The translations under genes were made by a program, and so were the position numbers. From the NCBI GenBank assembly GCA_011109175.1, contig RDEW01000025.1:828543-892542 (forward strand): a DNA stretch of 64,000 nucleotides. Reading direction: 5' to 3'. The notes beneath the pieces are model-generated. The model was not told where the DNA came from, ran no database searches, and saw only the letters and a program-made list of their open reading frames with translations. The stretch comes from Dicyema japonicum (Eukaryota; Animalia; Dicyemida). Shown in pieces: positions 24,129-37,400 of the stretch (within the stretch, counting starts at the first letter, position 1; each line of letters begins with the position of its first letter).

Positions 24129-24738
24129 CTATTTTGTACAGTTTTTCAGGGCGGATCTTTTCCTTCAGCTACAAAAGTCAAGATAAAACAGAAAACCAAA
24201 GGGATCTCTTCCATAGGGACAGCCTCGTCGAAGTCATCTTCTTCAAGTCCCGTGAGCTTTAGATAGTTCAGCAGCTCGTGTGCTGCGTGATGTTTAGCCT
24301 CTTTTTTAGTTCTCCAAATCCGAGGGCCAACTTGTTCTCGAGTCTGACGCTACAAGTGAAGGGACCGTGCAAGGAATCATTCCAGGAGTAACTGGGAGAC
24401 TTCTGTTTGAAGGAAAACAGCAGTTCCTGAAGCTGGCCAACATAATTCGTAAATTGACAAAAATTTCTGCTGATTAAAAGACCACGTGGACTCGTTTGAG
24501 TGCTGAAATTGCTGGATTTTGTTAGTAATTATATTTTGAATGGCGGACAATTTCGCCTCCTCTTTTGTGGTTCCTTTGAATTTTCATATTATAAGAGACC
24601 TTTGCCGGTCCCTGTGATGTCTTTGAAGTGAACCTTGCATGTGTGATCCGATTCCTGGTTGTAGGAAAAAGTCACGTTTTGAAAACCACCGTCAAAGTAC
24701 TCTTGATTGCAGAATAAAACCAAATCGTTAATTAGCAT
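24129..24738 (-). CDS. Small double-stranded RNA-binding protein with two dsRBDs (TRBP/Loquacious/R2D2/RDE-4-like)
   Basis: Three mini-introns; dsRBD1 TCKVHF...GTGKGTTKEEAKLSA, dsRBD2 NYVGQLQE...PSY...GPFTCSVRL...GFG(R)TKKEAKHHAAHELL; one 1-nt deletion near 24313. Confidence 0.8.
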
Positions 24739-26112
24739 TATTTATAATAATTTTAAATTTAATTTTTTTATATTAATTATTAAAATTTAATATTCTGTAT
24801 GTTTTATTTTTGTACGTTTTGTTAAACGCAAAGTCGCATAAAATGTTCCCTAATCGATTTCCCCGCAAGCACGAGAGAAGGCGGTTCCGGGCACCGGTGA
24901 GTATAATGGCGGTTCAAGGCGCAAGATGGGAACTGGGTTTGACCTATTTTGTATTTTTTGAAGACCCCGTGGTTCTAAATCAATCAAAGAAATCTGGGAA
25001 TGGTAGTCTGGTGTTTGTCCAATAGCCACTACCGAATCAAATATTTGGAAGATGTTAAGGGAGAGGGTTTTGCTCTCTACAAATGTAAGCAGACGAGCCA
25101 TTTCACTTGTCCTGGTCTGCCTTCTATTTCTGCATTACTCGCAGATATTTTTGGTGAGCCAACCAGTCGAACGAGGTGACGATTGAACATAGCACTACTC
25201 ATCTCTGAGTTGTGTTTGCCAAGAAGTTAATGCACGTGGTGACGTATCTTTATTACACGAAATATCTACTTCGCTCGATAAAGGATAAAAGTTCGTCTTC
25301 CTTCTTCTAGTGTGTCCTGATGACACGGGGGATATCAAAATCCGAAGTTATGAACAAAAAGTGTAGTAATAAATTGGAGCCTTAACGAAGATAGATGATG
25401 TCAGCGGGAGTTCCTCAAATTTATGGCCTGACGGTCTTCAAAAACTGAATTTGGCTTCTTTTGGTTAGAATATTATGTATACTCAATATTTTATGAGTCC
25501 CTCATTTCGCATGAGAGAGGAATGAAAAAAGAGTCTTCAATGGGGATGGAGGATGTAGATGCCTTGAAAACCAATAATACTGATTGGAGTCGCGCGAAAA
25601 ATTTTATCCTCAATTTGGTCAAGGATAATAACACTGATCACGTGGCTCTGTAAAGAATTTTAAATCGCTTATTACTGATCAACCCCTTCCACCATGGTCT
25701 CCCCTCATTGATGATATAAAGGAGGTGCTCGACTTGTCTAAGAAGAGATATTTATGGGGATTTAAATATTCAATGTCTTCTAGTTACTGTGGTGTGGAAA
25801 ACTACTTATTGGGATCTGTGAAAGATTCCGCGGACCTCCACGTGTAACGTTTTCGGAAATTCTTGATAAGACCTGAGGTATGTGTATAGAACACTAAGTA
25901 TGAGTGAAGACTTCAAGAATCTGATTAGTCTGCTTCAGACGAAGGAGTGTAGAACCGGGTGGTAAACAGATGATGACTTGAATTGATGACTTAGATCTCC
26001 AAAGGCTTCACACGTGTAGTCAGTATCTAAAATTGTTAGTACTGATTAAAAACCTATTTACTCCACGTGTTGATACGAGATTTTCCATCCATAATCACTA
26101 TGATATTTTCAC

Positions 26113-26455
26113 TCATCGAAATGACAAAAACCGATCTAAATGAGATGTAAGTCGATCTGAATGAGACATAAACCAATTGAGGTAAATACTGATCGAAATG
26201 AACTTTGCATATTTTTAAATTAAAAAGTAGACATATTTAAAGTAACTATTCATCGATCTAACTTAGTAATATACCGATCGAAATGAGACATATAACGATC
26301 TAAATGAGATATGTACCGATCGAAATGAGACATGTACTAATCTAAATGAGACATGTACTGATCTAAATGAAATAAATACCGATCTAAATAAGATGTGTGC
26401 CAATCTAAATAAGACATACAGAAATAATTTAGTAATGGACCAATTGAAATGAAGC
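26113..26455. repeat. 21-bp minisatellite (consensus rtaccgatctaaatgagacat)
   Basis: Seven contiguous units at 26271-26417 plus degenerate units on both sides. Confidence 0.9.
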
Positions 26456-26749
26456 TACAAAGATTTTAAATTATCTATTGATTTAAACATAAACAGTTTT
26501 TAACGATTAAAATTGCAAATAATTAAAAATAAAAAATTTTATAATTCACGAAAAAGTGACTTTAAACTTAATTAATCAATCATTTTTCCATAAAGTAACT
26601 TTAACCTAAATTAATTTTAATTCTGATATTTTAATAAAGATTATTATAAAAAATTATTAATTAAAAAATTAAATTAAAAAAAACTTATTTTTTAAATTAA
26701 TTAAACTAGATTCTTTTTTGTGGTAAGATAATCGCCAATACTCGCACAT

Positions 26750-27454
26750 ATGAATGCTAACGATGGAATAATGAAAACTCTGCAACTCAAAATGGTACTT
26801 CTAGGTGAACAAGGGACAGGAAAGTCCTGCCTAGTAGCCAGGTTCATAAAGGGGCATTTCCTAGCAAACTCAGAAAGCACAATTGGCGGTAAAATTGGCC
26901 AAATTATTTTAGCCGCTTTCTTCACACAAAAAATCTTCATGGACGACACGTCAGTCAAGTTCGAAATCTGGGACACAGCCGGACAGGAGAGGTTCCGGAC
27001 CTTGGCCCCGATGTACTACCGCGGAGCTCAGGCCGCCCTTATTGTGTACGATATTACCAACAAAGTGACTGACATGCTTGAATTGTAGAACTCTTTTGAA
27101 CAGGCCGACGCCTGGCTGGCAGAACTGAGACGAAACGGTCCCCCAAACATCTGCATCGCCTTGGCTGGCAATAAAACCGACTTGGCTGAGGAAAGGGTTG
27201 TTTCCCAAGAGGTTCAGTGTTCTTGAATATTTGAAGGATGGAAGCAACCTGGCTAAGCAGAATGGACTGTCGTTTTTTGAGACTTCTGCCAAGACCTCTT
27301 CCAACGTGAACACTCTCTTTGTTTCGATCGGTTTTTCCCGCTTTTTATTGAAGCGCGAAATGTGTTGATGTCGACGAGTACTTCTGACTTTAACCCTCCT
27401 GAGGTTTCCCTACAGCCGACTTCTGAGACGAAAAAGAATTGTTGCAAAAAATAA
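26750..27454 (+). CDS. RAB5: Rab5-family GTPase, 5 exons
   Basis: Introns 26889-26912, 27065-27088, 27212-27236, 27331-27353; [47 protein letters not shown]-terminal CCKK. Confidence 0.93.
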
Positions 27455-28138
27455 TTTTATATTTGGTTATATTAATTGATTTAAATTGATTTTAAAGTAT
27501 ATGGATTTTGTTGACATATTTTTCTGGTTCTTGAGCGCACGTGGATGGCTGCTTAGTAGAGCTAAGTCTAGTGATAGCTAGTGTAGCTGGGAGGGGCGTG
27601 TTGGAATATGGGCTTAGTGGAGTATGTGAAGATTAACGAGCTAATTCCATCCACCAGGACTCTAAGATCCCTCAACTACAGAGGTTCTCTCCTCCGTCAA
27701 TATCCCTACTACAAAGGTTCCATCGTCGTCCGTAACTATTCCCACTACAGAGCTTCTATTGTCCTTCTTACTGTAACCGGTGTGAATTCAGGTAAACTGA
27801 TTGCAATCATTAATATCTACCCCTCAAAAACTCTGAGAACTTGACGTTTTCTATAAAGACTCCCAAAATTGTGATATCTGAGAATCTTCCCCACAAAATT
27901 GTCTGGTCTCTGTCAGAATTAGAATGAGATTATTTATCTCCATGGAAGAATGGAGGACGATCTGAGGCTTCCAAGAAAACACAGCTCAGGGAACTTTCTG
28001 GTTCTTCGGCAGCACTGCGGGATGAGTAGCAGGAGTCGGTGTTAGAGTTAATAGGAAAAATTATGACTGACCCCTTAGAAATGAATAGCATGGAACTGCG
28101 AAGGGATTCTATCTCTAGACGTTCCAACCTTATCGAAG

Positions 28139-28620
28139 ATGCGAAATGAGATGAGAGTGATAACACACTCACGGGAAACTTATACCAGAAGAGGTACCAG
28201 AGTTATCAAGAAACTCAAATACAGAGGCTCTTCCTGGCCTGATGATATCAGATTGGAGTTACAAAAACGTGGTCTAGTGGCTTTGTCTAACATCAATCTT
28301 ACAGATCGGATCCAGAATGAATTTCTGACTCAGTCATGGTGTCTCCATGCTAAGGTCTTCACTTTCCAAAACAGGCTATTGAAGATCAGAAACCATTTTA
28401 TCACAGAAACGCTATGCAAGCAGTACATCGACTCGTGCATTTCTAGTGTGTCCATCAATTACCTGGACAAATCCCGAGATCAAGGCTATCCGGAAGAGAC
28501 AGTGGATCACTAGAAAGAAATGAGGGTCACAAAGTACTCTGGGAGCCCTACGGAGCGGTGCACCCGTCATGAGTTCTCCATGTGAGCTAAGGAGAGGAGT
28601 ATCGAAGCAAGCTAAGAGCT
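28139..28620 (+). mobile_element. Degenerate non-LTR RT N-terminal fragment
   Basis: SSWPDDI resembles SPGPDGI, followed by decayed early RT motifs. Confidence 0.35.
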
Positions 28621-29219
28621 CTGTAGGGGTATTGGGATCACGTAGTTATTGAGACGTTCAGAACGGAATCCACGTGCGGGGCTTTAAATACCCTGGTTTC
28701 TATGAAACCGTTTAGTAATAAATTTGTGGTAAAAAATTAATTTCCTGTCGATTTTTAGTAAACAAAAATGCGACAAATTCTTCATGGCATTAAAGTAATA
28801 TTCTACATTTAATCACCCCCATGGCGAGAATTTCCGCTTGAAGAGGCATCACTTAAGCAGCTATGAAAGTCTACATGCCTTCTTGCTAAGATAAATTCAG
28901 ATAAAAAGCCACACTTTCGAGATTATCCGCACTGAACTAATTAATGATTGAATCAGAGATCCTTTGAAATGGAGGTTTTCACAGCGTTCGGGGATGGCCA
29001 TCGACCAGGCAATTCCGATTGTCTCTTGGCAGCTGGAGCTTGATTTGTTAGTAATATCGTTGTTTCAATTTTCGAATAAATATTTAAAACGTAGAAATTG
29101 TGGTGGACCAGGAGTTATACTATTGGTCCCTGAATCCCAGCAATGCCTTTATTGAAGATCTATATTTTTCCTTTTAGATCGTATAAAAACCACAGTTACA
29201 TCTAATTAAACCAATTAAT

Positions 29220-29540
29220 GACTGTGTCGCGCAGTGTAATGAGTTCCAGGCAAAAGGTCTGATAGCCCCTAGTTCGATCTCGCTGCTGTACAAATAAAAA
29301 AAGTGACTGCCTTAGAGGAGCCATAGCTAATAGGCTCTGCGTAAAGTACAGTATTATTAAAGGTTGCTTGGTTCTTGCAGTGACGCTATAGGTCCCGGGT
29401 TCGAATCCGACAAGTGGTATTTTTTAGGATTTCTAAATGTGATATTAAAAAGCCGCATTTTGACTAATGTGGCCAAATTGGACCAATTGATGGTTGCGTG
29501 GATCTTACAGTGACGCTATAGGTTCTGGGTTCGAATTTTA
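29220..29540 (+). repeat. Cluster of three degenerate tRNA-like/SINE-head sequences
   Basis: B-box/T-loop motifs tagttcgatc, gggttcgaatcc and gggttcgaatt; the last two share cagtgacgctataggt; no complete cloverleaf. Confidence 0.5.
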
Positions 29541-30003
29541 AAAGATCTATATTCTTCCTTGCTAAAGAAGTCGAGTTTGAAGCGCTTAGTCCCAGGGTGG
29601 CAATTAACTCAATCTGTGGGTAACTCCGTGAGTGTTTTCAAAATGAGTCACCCATTAACATTTTATTGCATCAGTAAAAACAAATGTTTATTATTAACAC
29701 AAATATTCCCGTCAGCCACAAATGATTCCCCAACTAAACCACATTCAAGGGAGGGATAATTGGCATCTACAGAGTCAGGTGGATCCCACAACCCCTCTTA
29801 TGAATTGAAAAAGGCAAAAAGTTGAAAGGAAACCCTTCAACTAACCCATAGCTAACTAGGACAAGGGCGAAAGAACTAACAACCAGGTCAACTGATGAAA
29901 AAGTTAAATTTAAATATTTTTATAATTTAATTTAATTAATAAAAGTTAATTCTGTCGATATAAAATATTGTAAATTTAATTGTGTTTTCAATAATTATGT
30001 TAA

Positions 30004-32344
30004 ATGACTGAATCGAGCAGTATTTTGAATCGAAGGAAAGGCGCAGTAAAAGAAAAGAATGTGCTTTTAGTGAAGGGTCACCAAATGTGTCGCCACTATT
30101 TCACATCCTTCACTAGTTGTTGCCACTGTACTCTCTTTATATGGTTTCCTTAGCCAATTAACCTTATTAGGGGGGTGGTATCATATCAGGGATATCGCTG
30201 CAAAGGTAATCAGTGGGTACATTTTAGTTTGTCAACTGGCCTGCCACACTCACTGTTGCGACTATTTGTCTATTCCTTGCATGGGAAGTGACGTTAACAT
30301 ATTTTCGAATGTAAAAGATCAATATTAGCTTTAGGATGCTAATATGCACGAGTTTAAGACCTTTCACCTTGCGACCCCCAAATACTGCAGTCACTGTGGA
30401 AGCATCATCGGTCTCGGCCGCAAGGGACTGAAGTGCAACAGTAAGATTTTCAGCTTCGCTTAATCCAGCAGCATAATTGGCTAATGAGACGCTAATTTTA
30501 GAGTGCCCAATTATCATTCACCAGAAATGCAAGAGTTTGGTTATGAATACATGCGGGATATCCTTAACGGAAACACGGGGGAGGATTTGCCTCTCCCTGA
30601 AAGTTACGGGGGATCCGACAAATAATAAGGCTCTGGTCACGGCAACAAGTATAATTTCTACATATCCAAGTGCATGAGTGTCGGAACCTCCCACCCATGG
30701 ATCCCAACGGAAATGCTGATCCCTATGTAGTGATGAGCTTTGAAAATAGAAAAGTCAAGACAAAGGTTATTTCCAAAACGAAAAATCCGACATGGGAACA
30801 CGAGATGACCCTGTATTTGTAAAATTCAATATTTTAGAGAAATATCACTAAAAAATCTTGGTGCTAGATTAAGGATCGATGTCTGGGATAAGGACATTTG
30901 TTCTCCTGATGATCATATCGGCTCTATGTCGTTTTCTGTCCAGGATTTGCTTGAATTCCTAAAAGAACCTGGCAAATATCCTTTCATCAAGAAGGGATGG
31001 TTCAAACTGCTGAGGGAAGCGGAAGGAAAACTGATGTACTCGCCAATCATAGAAGATCCGCATATATTTAAAGAAAGTGCATTCACGGAGGCAACCAAGG
31101 ACTCTACGACCCCCGTGGCGTCTGGAAGCAAATTTACGATGAGTCAATTTAGAGAAATAAAAGTAATTGGCCGAGGTAGCTTTGGAAAGGTTGACACGTG
31201 TTTATATTGTTTCAGGTGGTCCTAGTTACTCTGGTTAGTAATAAGGAGGTGTTTGCGATGAAGATGCTCCGAAAGGATGCGCTTGTCATGGACGATGATA
31301 CAGAGTGTGCTGTCCTCGAACGAGAAGTGATGTCCTTGGCGAATCCACCGTACTTTTTGGTGAAGCTTTTCTGCAGCTTCCAAACTTTTGTAAGTAAAAG
31401 TCATCATTTTGCAGGAACGGCTGTGTTTTGTGATGGAATACGTCCCTGGGGGAGACTTGATGCACAGATTACAGGCTATCTACCGCTTTAAGGAGGATCA
31501 TGCTCGGTTGGGCGCTCAGTCTCATATTTAGCTTTTATCTGGCCGAGCTTTCCGAGGCGGTATGTTTCCTGCATTCCAATAAAGTGGTTCACAGGTCACG
31601 ATCCTTATTTACCGTTTAGGGACATCAAGCCAGAGAATGTCATGATGGACCGACTCGGCCACGTCAAATTGGCGGACTTTGGGATGGCCAAGAAAGGTGT
31701 GGACGGAGATCACATGGCGAATACATTTTGCGGTACCCCGGAATATATAGCCCCCGAAGTCCCTTAGAAGCTGATTTGTAGATTATCGCACGTTCCGAAT
31801 ACGGGAAGTCTGTGGACTGGTGGTCTTACGGAATTTTGGGGTACCACATGATCAAAGGAAGTGTAAGGGTTCTATTTTGATGAAAGCCCCCGTTCATGAC
31901 GGATGACGACTCAGCCTTGTTTGCGATGATCCTACAAGCGGAGATCAAGTACCCGAATTGGTTTTCTCCCGGAATATTGACTTTCCTGAAGAAGGTAGTA
32001 TCGCTCGGATTTTAGTACCTTCTTAGCTTTTGAAAAAAAATCCCGCGGAGAGACTCGGTTCTGGGGAAGATGGAAGCAAGATGCTCCAAGGGGACGAGTT
32101 CTTTGCGCAGATAGACTTTGAAAAATTAAGAAATATGGGAATCGAGCCGCCATATCGGCCAAAAATCGTTTTATTTCCAAATTAGGCTTAGAAAAGTGTG
32201 TTTGACTGTTCCAATTTTGATCCTGACTTTACAAGTGAGACGCTTAAGCCAAGTAAAACCGACAAAATGGTTGTGATGAATTATAAAGGATCTGACTTTC
32301 AAAATTTCTCCTATATCAATCATGAATATCCTGTCGATATTTAA
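30004..32344 (+). CDS. Conventional protein kinase C (C1A-C1B-C2-kinase), about 15 exons
   Basis: RRKGAVKEK pseudosubstrate, two C1 domains, C2 ([18 protein letters not shown]), [44 protein letters not shown]; about 14 GT-AG introns, mostly 22-32 nt. Confidence 0.95.
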
Positions 32345-35219
32345 TTTATTTTTGATTAATTTTACTAATTATTATTTAATAACAATTTAGATATTTTATT
32401 TATTTATTTAATTTAAAATATCTGAACCATTATGAAATTGGTAGACCACCCTTCTGTGGGTCGTAGAAGGGTAGGGAATGTTGAACGGTTCTTTCTCATG
32501 CAGAACATGCATGGAGAGCCACCACAGCGGTGAATCGCATGACGCCTATCTAATTCAAAATCAGCATGAAAAAAGGTAAAACCAACTAATTTGGTGATCC
32601 CACCACCAATAGCTCCCGAACCCTCCTTGAGTGTTCTTTAAGCGTCTAAACCGCTTTTCGGAAGTGCCTTCTGTTGTGTCTGCAGAGGTGTCCTTCTTTG
32701 TGGTCAATGTGAATTCCTCTGCTGAGCACCCCTCTCTCTGAACGATATTCAGTGAGATAATTTTAAGCTGACCTAATTAAAGCCACATTTTATTGAAACT
32801 AAAGCATTTATTAGGTTCAACTGTCGATTTGTGCTGTGGCCTCTTGTGACGCAGCGGAGATCACTTGGAGGATTACTGGTTTTCGATGACGTCATGACTT
32901 CTTTGTGTAGCCACATGCCATAGTTTCTTTATAAAATGCTTGCACTTCTTCGTACTCTCAATAATAATAAGAATTCGATACACGTGGAATCCCATAGAAT
33001 TATTATTTGCAACGTACTTTTATTAACTACCATCACATAGGTGGAGCATCTGACAGAAGATCCCCAATTCTTTCAAACCGGTCTGGAAGATTCGAACCCG
33101 GAAACTTCATTTGTTTAGAATTTCCAATTCCATCACCCCACGAGGAGATTGAAGACAAAGCTCCCCAAAAAAGATCCTTCGATTTCTTGCAGACAGAACG
33201 TCTCGGCCAGGTTCCCCAGGCTGACTGGCATCAAACCTGAAACAGCCTACACGATATAAATTTTTGAGCGAAAAAGACATTTAAGTCCGAACCCAAGTGG
33301 GCTGTTTAAATTGGTTGACAATTAGCCAACGAGGTTAGAACGGAAGTTATTTCTGACCGCAAAGCCCATAGCAGTAACTCACGCACGTGGCATCTAAATT
33401 GAACTTTCTCCCCCTATGCTCTGTGCCTTTCTTCCTTTGTTCGTTTGACTTGGCTTCATGTTATTCACCTTCCTCAAGGGGCGCCAATGCCAGGCAGCAT
33501 CACAAGAATCACTTGCTCCCCCTTGGATCATTCCGTGGAGAGGTTCAGGCATTCTTAGTGAAAATATGATTTTTTAACCCCAAATGAACTTTGTGTGACG
33601 TCATCATTAATTTCAACTTTATTTGGAAATAATCGATGTCTCATTTTGATTGACATGCGCAATAATTTGTTGCCTAGGAATTCTTCCACGTGGCCTTAGG
33701 TTCTCTGACCCAACATATCTGACCTTAGTCTTGTATCTAATTGTATCTACAGTACACTCAAGGAACAGCATAGAGTTCAATGACTCCCAGATTCAGTCTT
33801 TCATAATAAAAGCACGGACTCTAAAGAGTACTTTATGAAATGGAAGAGCACTAAAGAATTAGCAATATAATGATAATCCTCTTGCTCCCCTTCAAGACCG
33901 AGTTGTCTATATTCCTCCAAATGTGGGGCACGTGAGATTAAAAAACGAATTCCCGCCTACCGGATCTTCCCCCAAGTCCATCATTTAGTCCACGTTTATG
34001 AAAGGAGAATCTGCTATAAAAAAATAAAGACATTAGGCGTGCTAAAGCCACAACAAAACCACGTGACTTCCAATTGATTAATCACTAGGCTAACAAGGCA
34101 GGTGTAAATCTTAGAATGTCTAAGCACAGATAATTCTTTTGGGCTCTGAAGCTTTTCACTGAAAATTCAACGTTTTAGTGGATTTTTCCATGTGATCTAC
34201 GAACCTCCGAGATATATTTTCTGAGGATCCAATTCTGAAGGCTAAATTTTTCGTACCCCACTATATATAAGAGCTAACTTTCGACTTAACTGATACACCG
34301 GTTTACCGATCAAAATGAGATAATTAGTCTCAACATCATCCATATCCGAAATCCCCAGTATTCTGCGTTTCGCTAAAAAATTAATGGATTTGAGATTGGA
34401 CTCCCAAATAGGATCTGATCAATGCTTGATTCGCTTTCTATCTGATCCTCCCACCTTATAAGGGACCGAGACGACGGTTATCCATAAGTTATACATCTTC
34501 AATATTTTTATACTTAGAAAAATACTAATCTGCTTCCTTCTCATATGGCTGTGGAGGATTACATATATATTTGACTTCCAACCCGAGGGGATGCTCTGGA
34601 GACTTGAGAATTTTAAGGAAATATCTTTGGCGTTGTCAGTTCCAAATGTTATTATTATGCGGAAAGCGAAAATTAAAAAGTTATCATCTCATCGCTTGCG
34701 ACGCACAATGGACTGTTCTTTTTCTTGAAAGTGATCCTAGAATTTGATTAAGCCTCTCAGCTTAGTTGATGATCCTCCTTTGATCTTACATAAGCTCGTT
34801 TAGACCAGGAGATCTCCTGATCAAGTTTGGTCAGGTCCCTTCCGTTATTCTTTCAGAATAGGATTGCTCCAAGTTCCATTGCTCCGTAGACCACATCCCT
34901 GTTGCCCCAGAATGACATATGTGTAACGATTACTCTCATAATTAAAAAAAACAGCATTTTTTTGCGAGAAAAGTATTCACTGATGACGGCATCACTGGTC
35001 AATCATAGGCATCTTAGATGCGTGGAACCTTCAGCCGAAATATACAGCAGCGAGATTCGAACCTGTGACAATGAGATTTTGTTGGCACTAATGGCACAAC
35101 TCCCAGTACTCCAAGGATTCTTTGATATTTTTTTAATATAGAAAATAATATAATAAACAAATATTTAAATTATATTAAAAATAAAATAATAATTCAAATT
35201 TGACTGAGTTTAGTGGTGA

Positions 35220-37400
35220 ATGACTGAGATTATCAGAATGGAAGGTATACGCTAATAATATTCAGATGATGATCAAATTCAGTCTAAAATAGACCAGCTT
35301 TTGTCACTGGCAAGCGATATTGAGACAGAAATTGTATTAAACCCAGAAAATGAGGCAAAGCTTAATTCAATTAAGGAGAATTATGAAAATTTAATCAACA
35401 ATTATAATGAAATTGATAATTCTTTTAAAGTATTATTCCATCAACTAGAAAAAGTAATTTTATTTTATTAATTTTTGTTTGAATTTGAATTGCCGAAAAA
35501 ATGAAATGCATTTTTCAAACGTTAGGCGCCAAAAAAAGTTCAAATTTAAAGTTGACGTGTGTAAATGAAATCGAAAAATGTTCGGACTATATAAACGAGA
35601 TTTCTTTGCTAATAAAGTCCGAGAGCTTTTTATTGGCTTTCAAGAAATTAAAAGAAGCTAACGAATACGCGAAGAACACGACAGTCTGTGCAAATGAGAA
35701 TATTCTTATTGGGCAGGTTTGCTTCATTTTTATCCCAAAGACGATTATTTCAGAGCTAGACGAACTTGAAAATAAACTGAATGACATTATATTAACATTT
35801 TCTCAAGAAAACTAATATTTTGGTCAAACATGGTATTTCCCGCTGAAATTGACAGAACAACTCAGTCACGTGCTTAGTTTGTGGAGAATTCAGACAGCTT
35901 TTTACCGATTTGGCTGATTTCTTAGACTCGGAAAGGAAAGACTGGCTGATTTTGGACCTTTTCAAGCAAATCAACAAATATTTCATAATTCCGCTAATTT
36001 CAGCTCATGACAAGCGTTTTCCTACTCTCTAGTACCCCTTGATTTATTTTCAGCAAATTGATGGAGCCCACGTGACTCTACACCAAAAAATCACCCGAGT
36101 TTTCAACCAGGATATTCTGAACATCAAGATCGACGCAGTTTCTCAGCTTTTAACAATTCTTTCTGAGTTTTGTGAACATTTTCTGAAAAAAGTCTTCGAA
36201 TCGCTTCATTTTAGGAGAACCATGTGCCACTGGACGACTGTTTCTCATTCATATTTCAAAGCATACAGGATCTCTTCGCCTTGCATCTTAAATTCAAGTC
36301 AGAGGCTGATCTAACATTTTTCCCGCTTTATTCTCTTTATTGAAGAATTTGAGTCGACTTTGCTGGTTTTGGGTCTTTTTATGGCAGAAGTTGAAATTTG
36401 TGCAAAAATGTCCCACAACAACACCAAAATGGACGGAATTTGCCACCATTTCTACTGAATCTGTGTTGGGATATCTTGTTGAGTAGTTTTCAGTCGTATT
36501 TAGTTCCTTTTTGGCTGATGATGATGTTGAAGATTTCCAGGGGGTCTTGGTTACCAAAGGGATTGGTAAACTGTTTGAGTTTATAAAAACTAATATTTGT
36601 CGGAATAAACTCTGGGCGGGCTTTCTCGGCCGTTTAGAGTGTCTTGTGGTCATTAAAAGTCAACTTTGCAAACATTATCAAAAATTGCATTCTGCTTATT
36701 CTGCCGGTTAGTTTTCACGGAATTACCGCAGGGATTGCCCATAATGACCTCACAACTCTTGCTGGGTTACTGGAAGGAATGGAAAAAGAGGATTTTGTGG
36801 AATTCGCCTGTTCTCTGAGGAAATTTGCCTCGGAATTCATTTCTGCTGAGATTACTCGTCAGAATGAGAGCCTACAGATCTCGTACAATGGTTAGTGGTT
36901 TCCGTTATTTTCACGATTTCAAACACGGAATCACCAGCAGGAGACTTCAGAAGGAGACGGGACGAGTCTGCTTGAAATTGGTGCAGTATTCTCACTACTG
37001 GAGTAAGGTAGTCAATAGGGAGACCCGTTGGAGGATTATGGGCGTATTAACCTCATCCCTGTTGTCCCTGATTGTGAGGTTCATACTCTCGTTGGACGAT
37101 ATCATTGAGGATGACTCCGTGGCCTTTGGGACCGTTTACTCGCAGGTGGACAAAATGGTCCTCCCGATATTCGATTGCACGGAGGAGGATGATGGGAACT
37201 GTGTGAGGTATGTCTCCGACTGGAGGAGGTTCAGATTACTGCATTGGATCCTCAATGAGCGGTTGGTTAGGATTGTGACAAGCCTGGTGTGAGGATGAGA
37301 CCTTGAGGGACTCTTTTACGTCTGCTGAAGTCAAGAAGTTAATAACCGCCATCTTTCGTAATAGTCATAACAGGTCCACGTGCTATCTCTTATTCAATAA
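35220..37400 (+). CDS. ZW10: Kinetochore/NRZ subunit ZW10, many mini-introns
   Basis: IAHNDL, ILSLDDIIEDD, WRRFRLLHWILNERLVRIV..W...FTSAEVKKLITAIFRNSHNR match the ZW10 C-terminus; a few 1-nt indels; internal exon boundaries not fully resolved. Confidence 0.8.

Noticed and set aside
25310-25360. Hammerhead ribozyme (ctgatga...ccgaag)
   Set aside because: The GAAA core and flanking stems are not intact; at best a decayed Penelope remnant.
26113-26455. CRISPR-like array
   Set aside because: Units are contiguous with no unique spacers, there are no cas genes and the context is eukaryotic; it is a minisatellite.
29220-29540. Functional tRNA genes
   Set aside because: No complete acceptor, D or anticodon stems.
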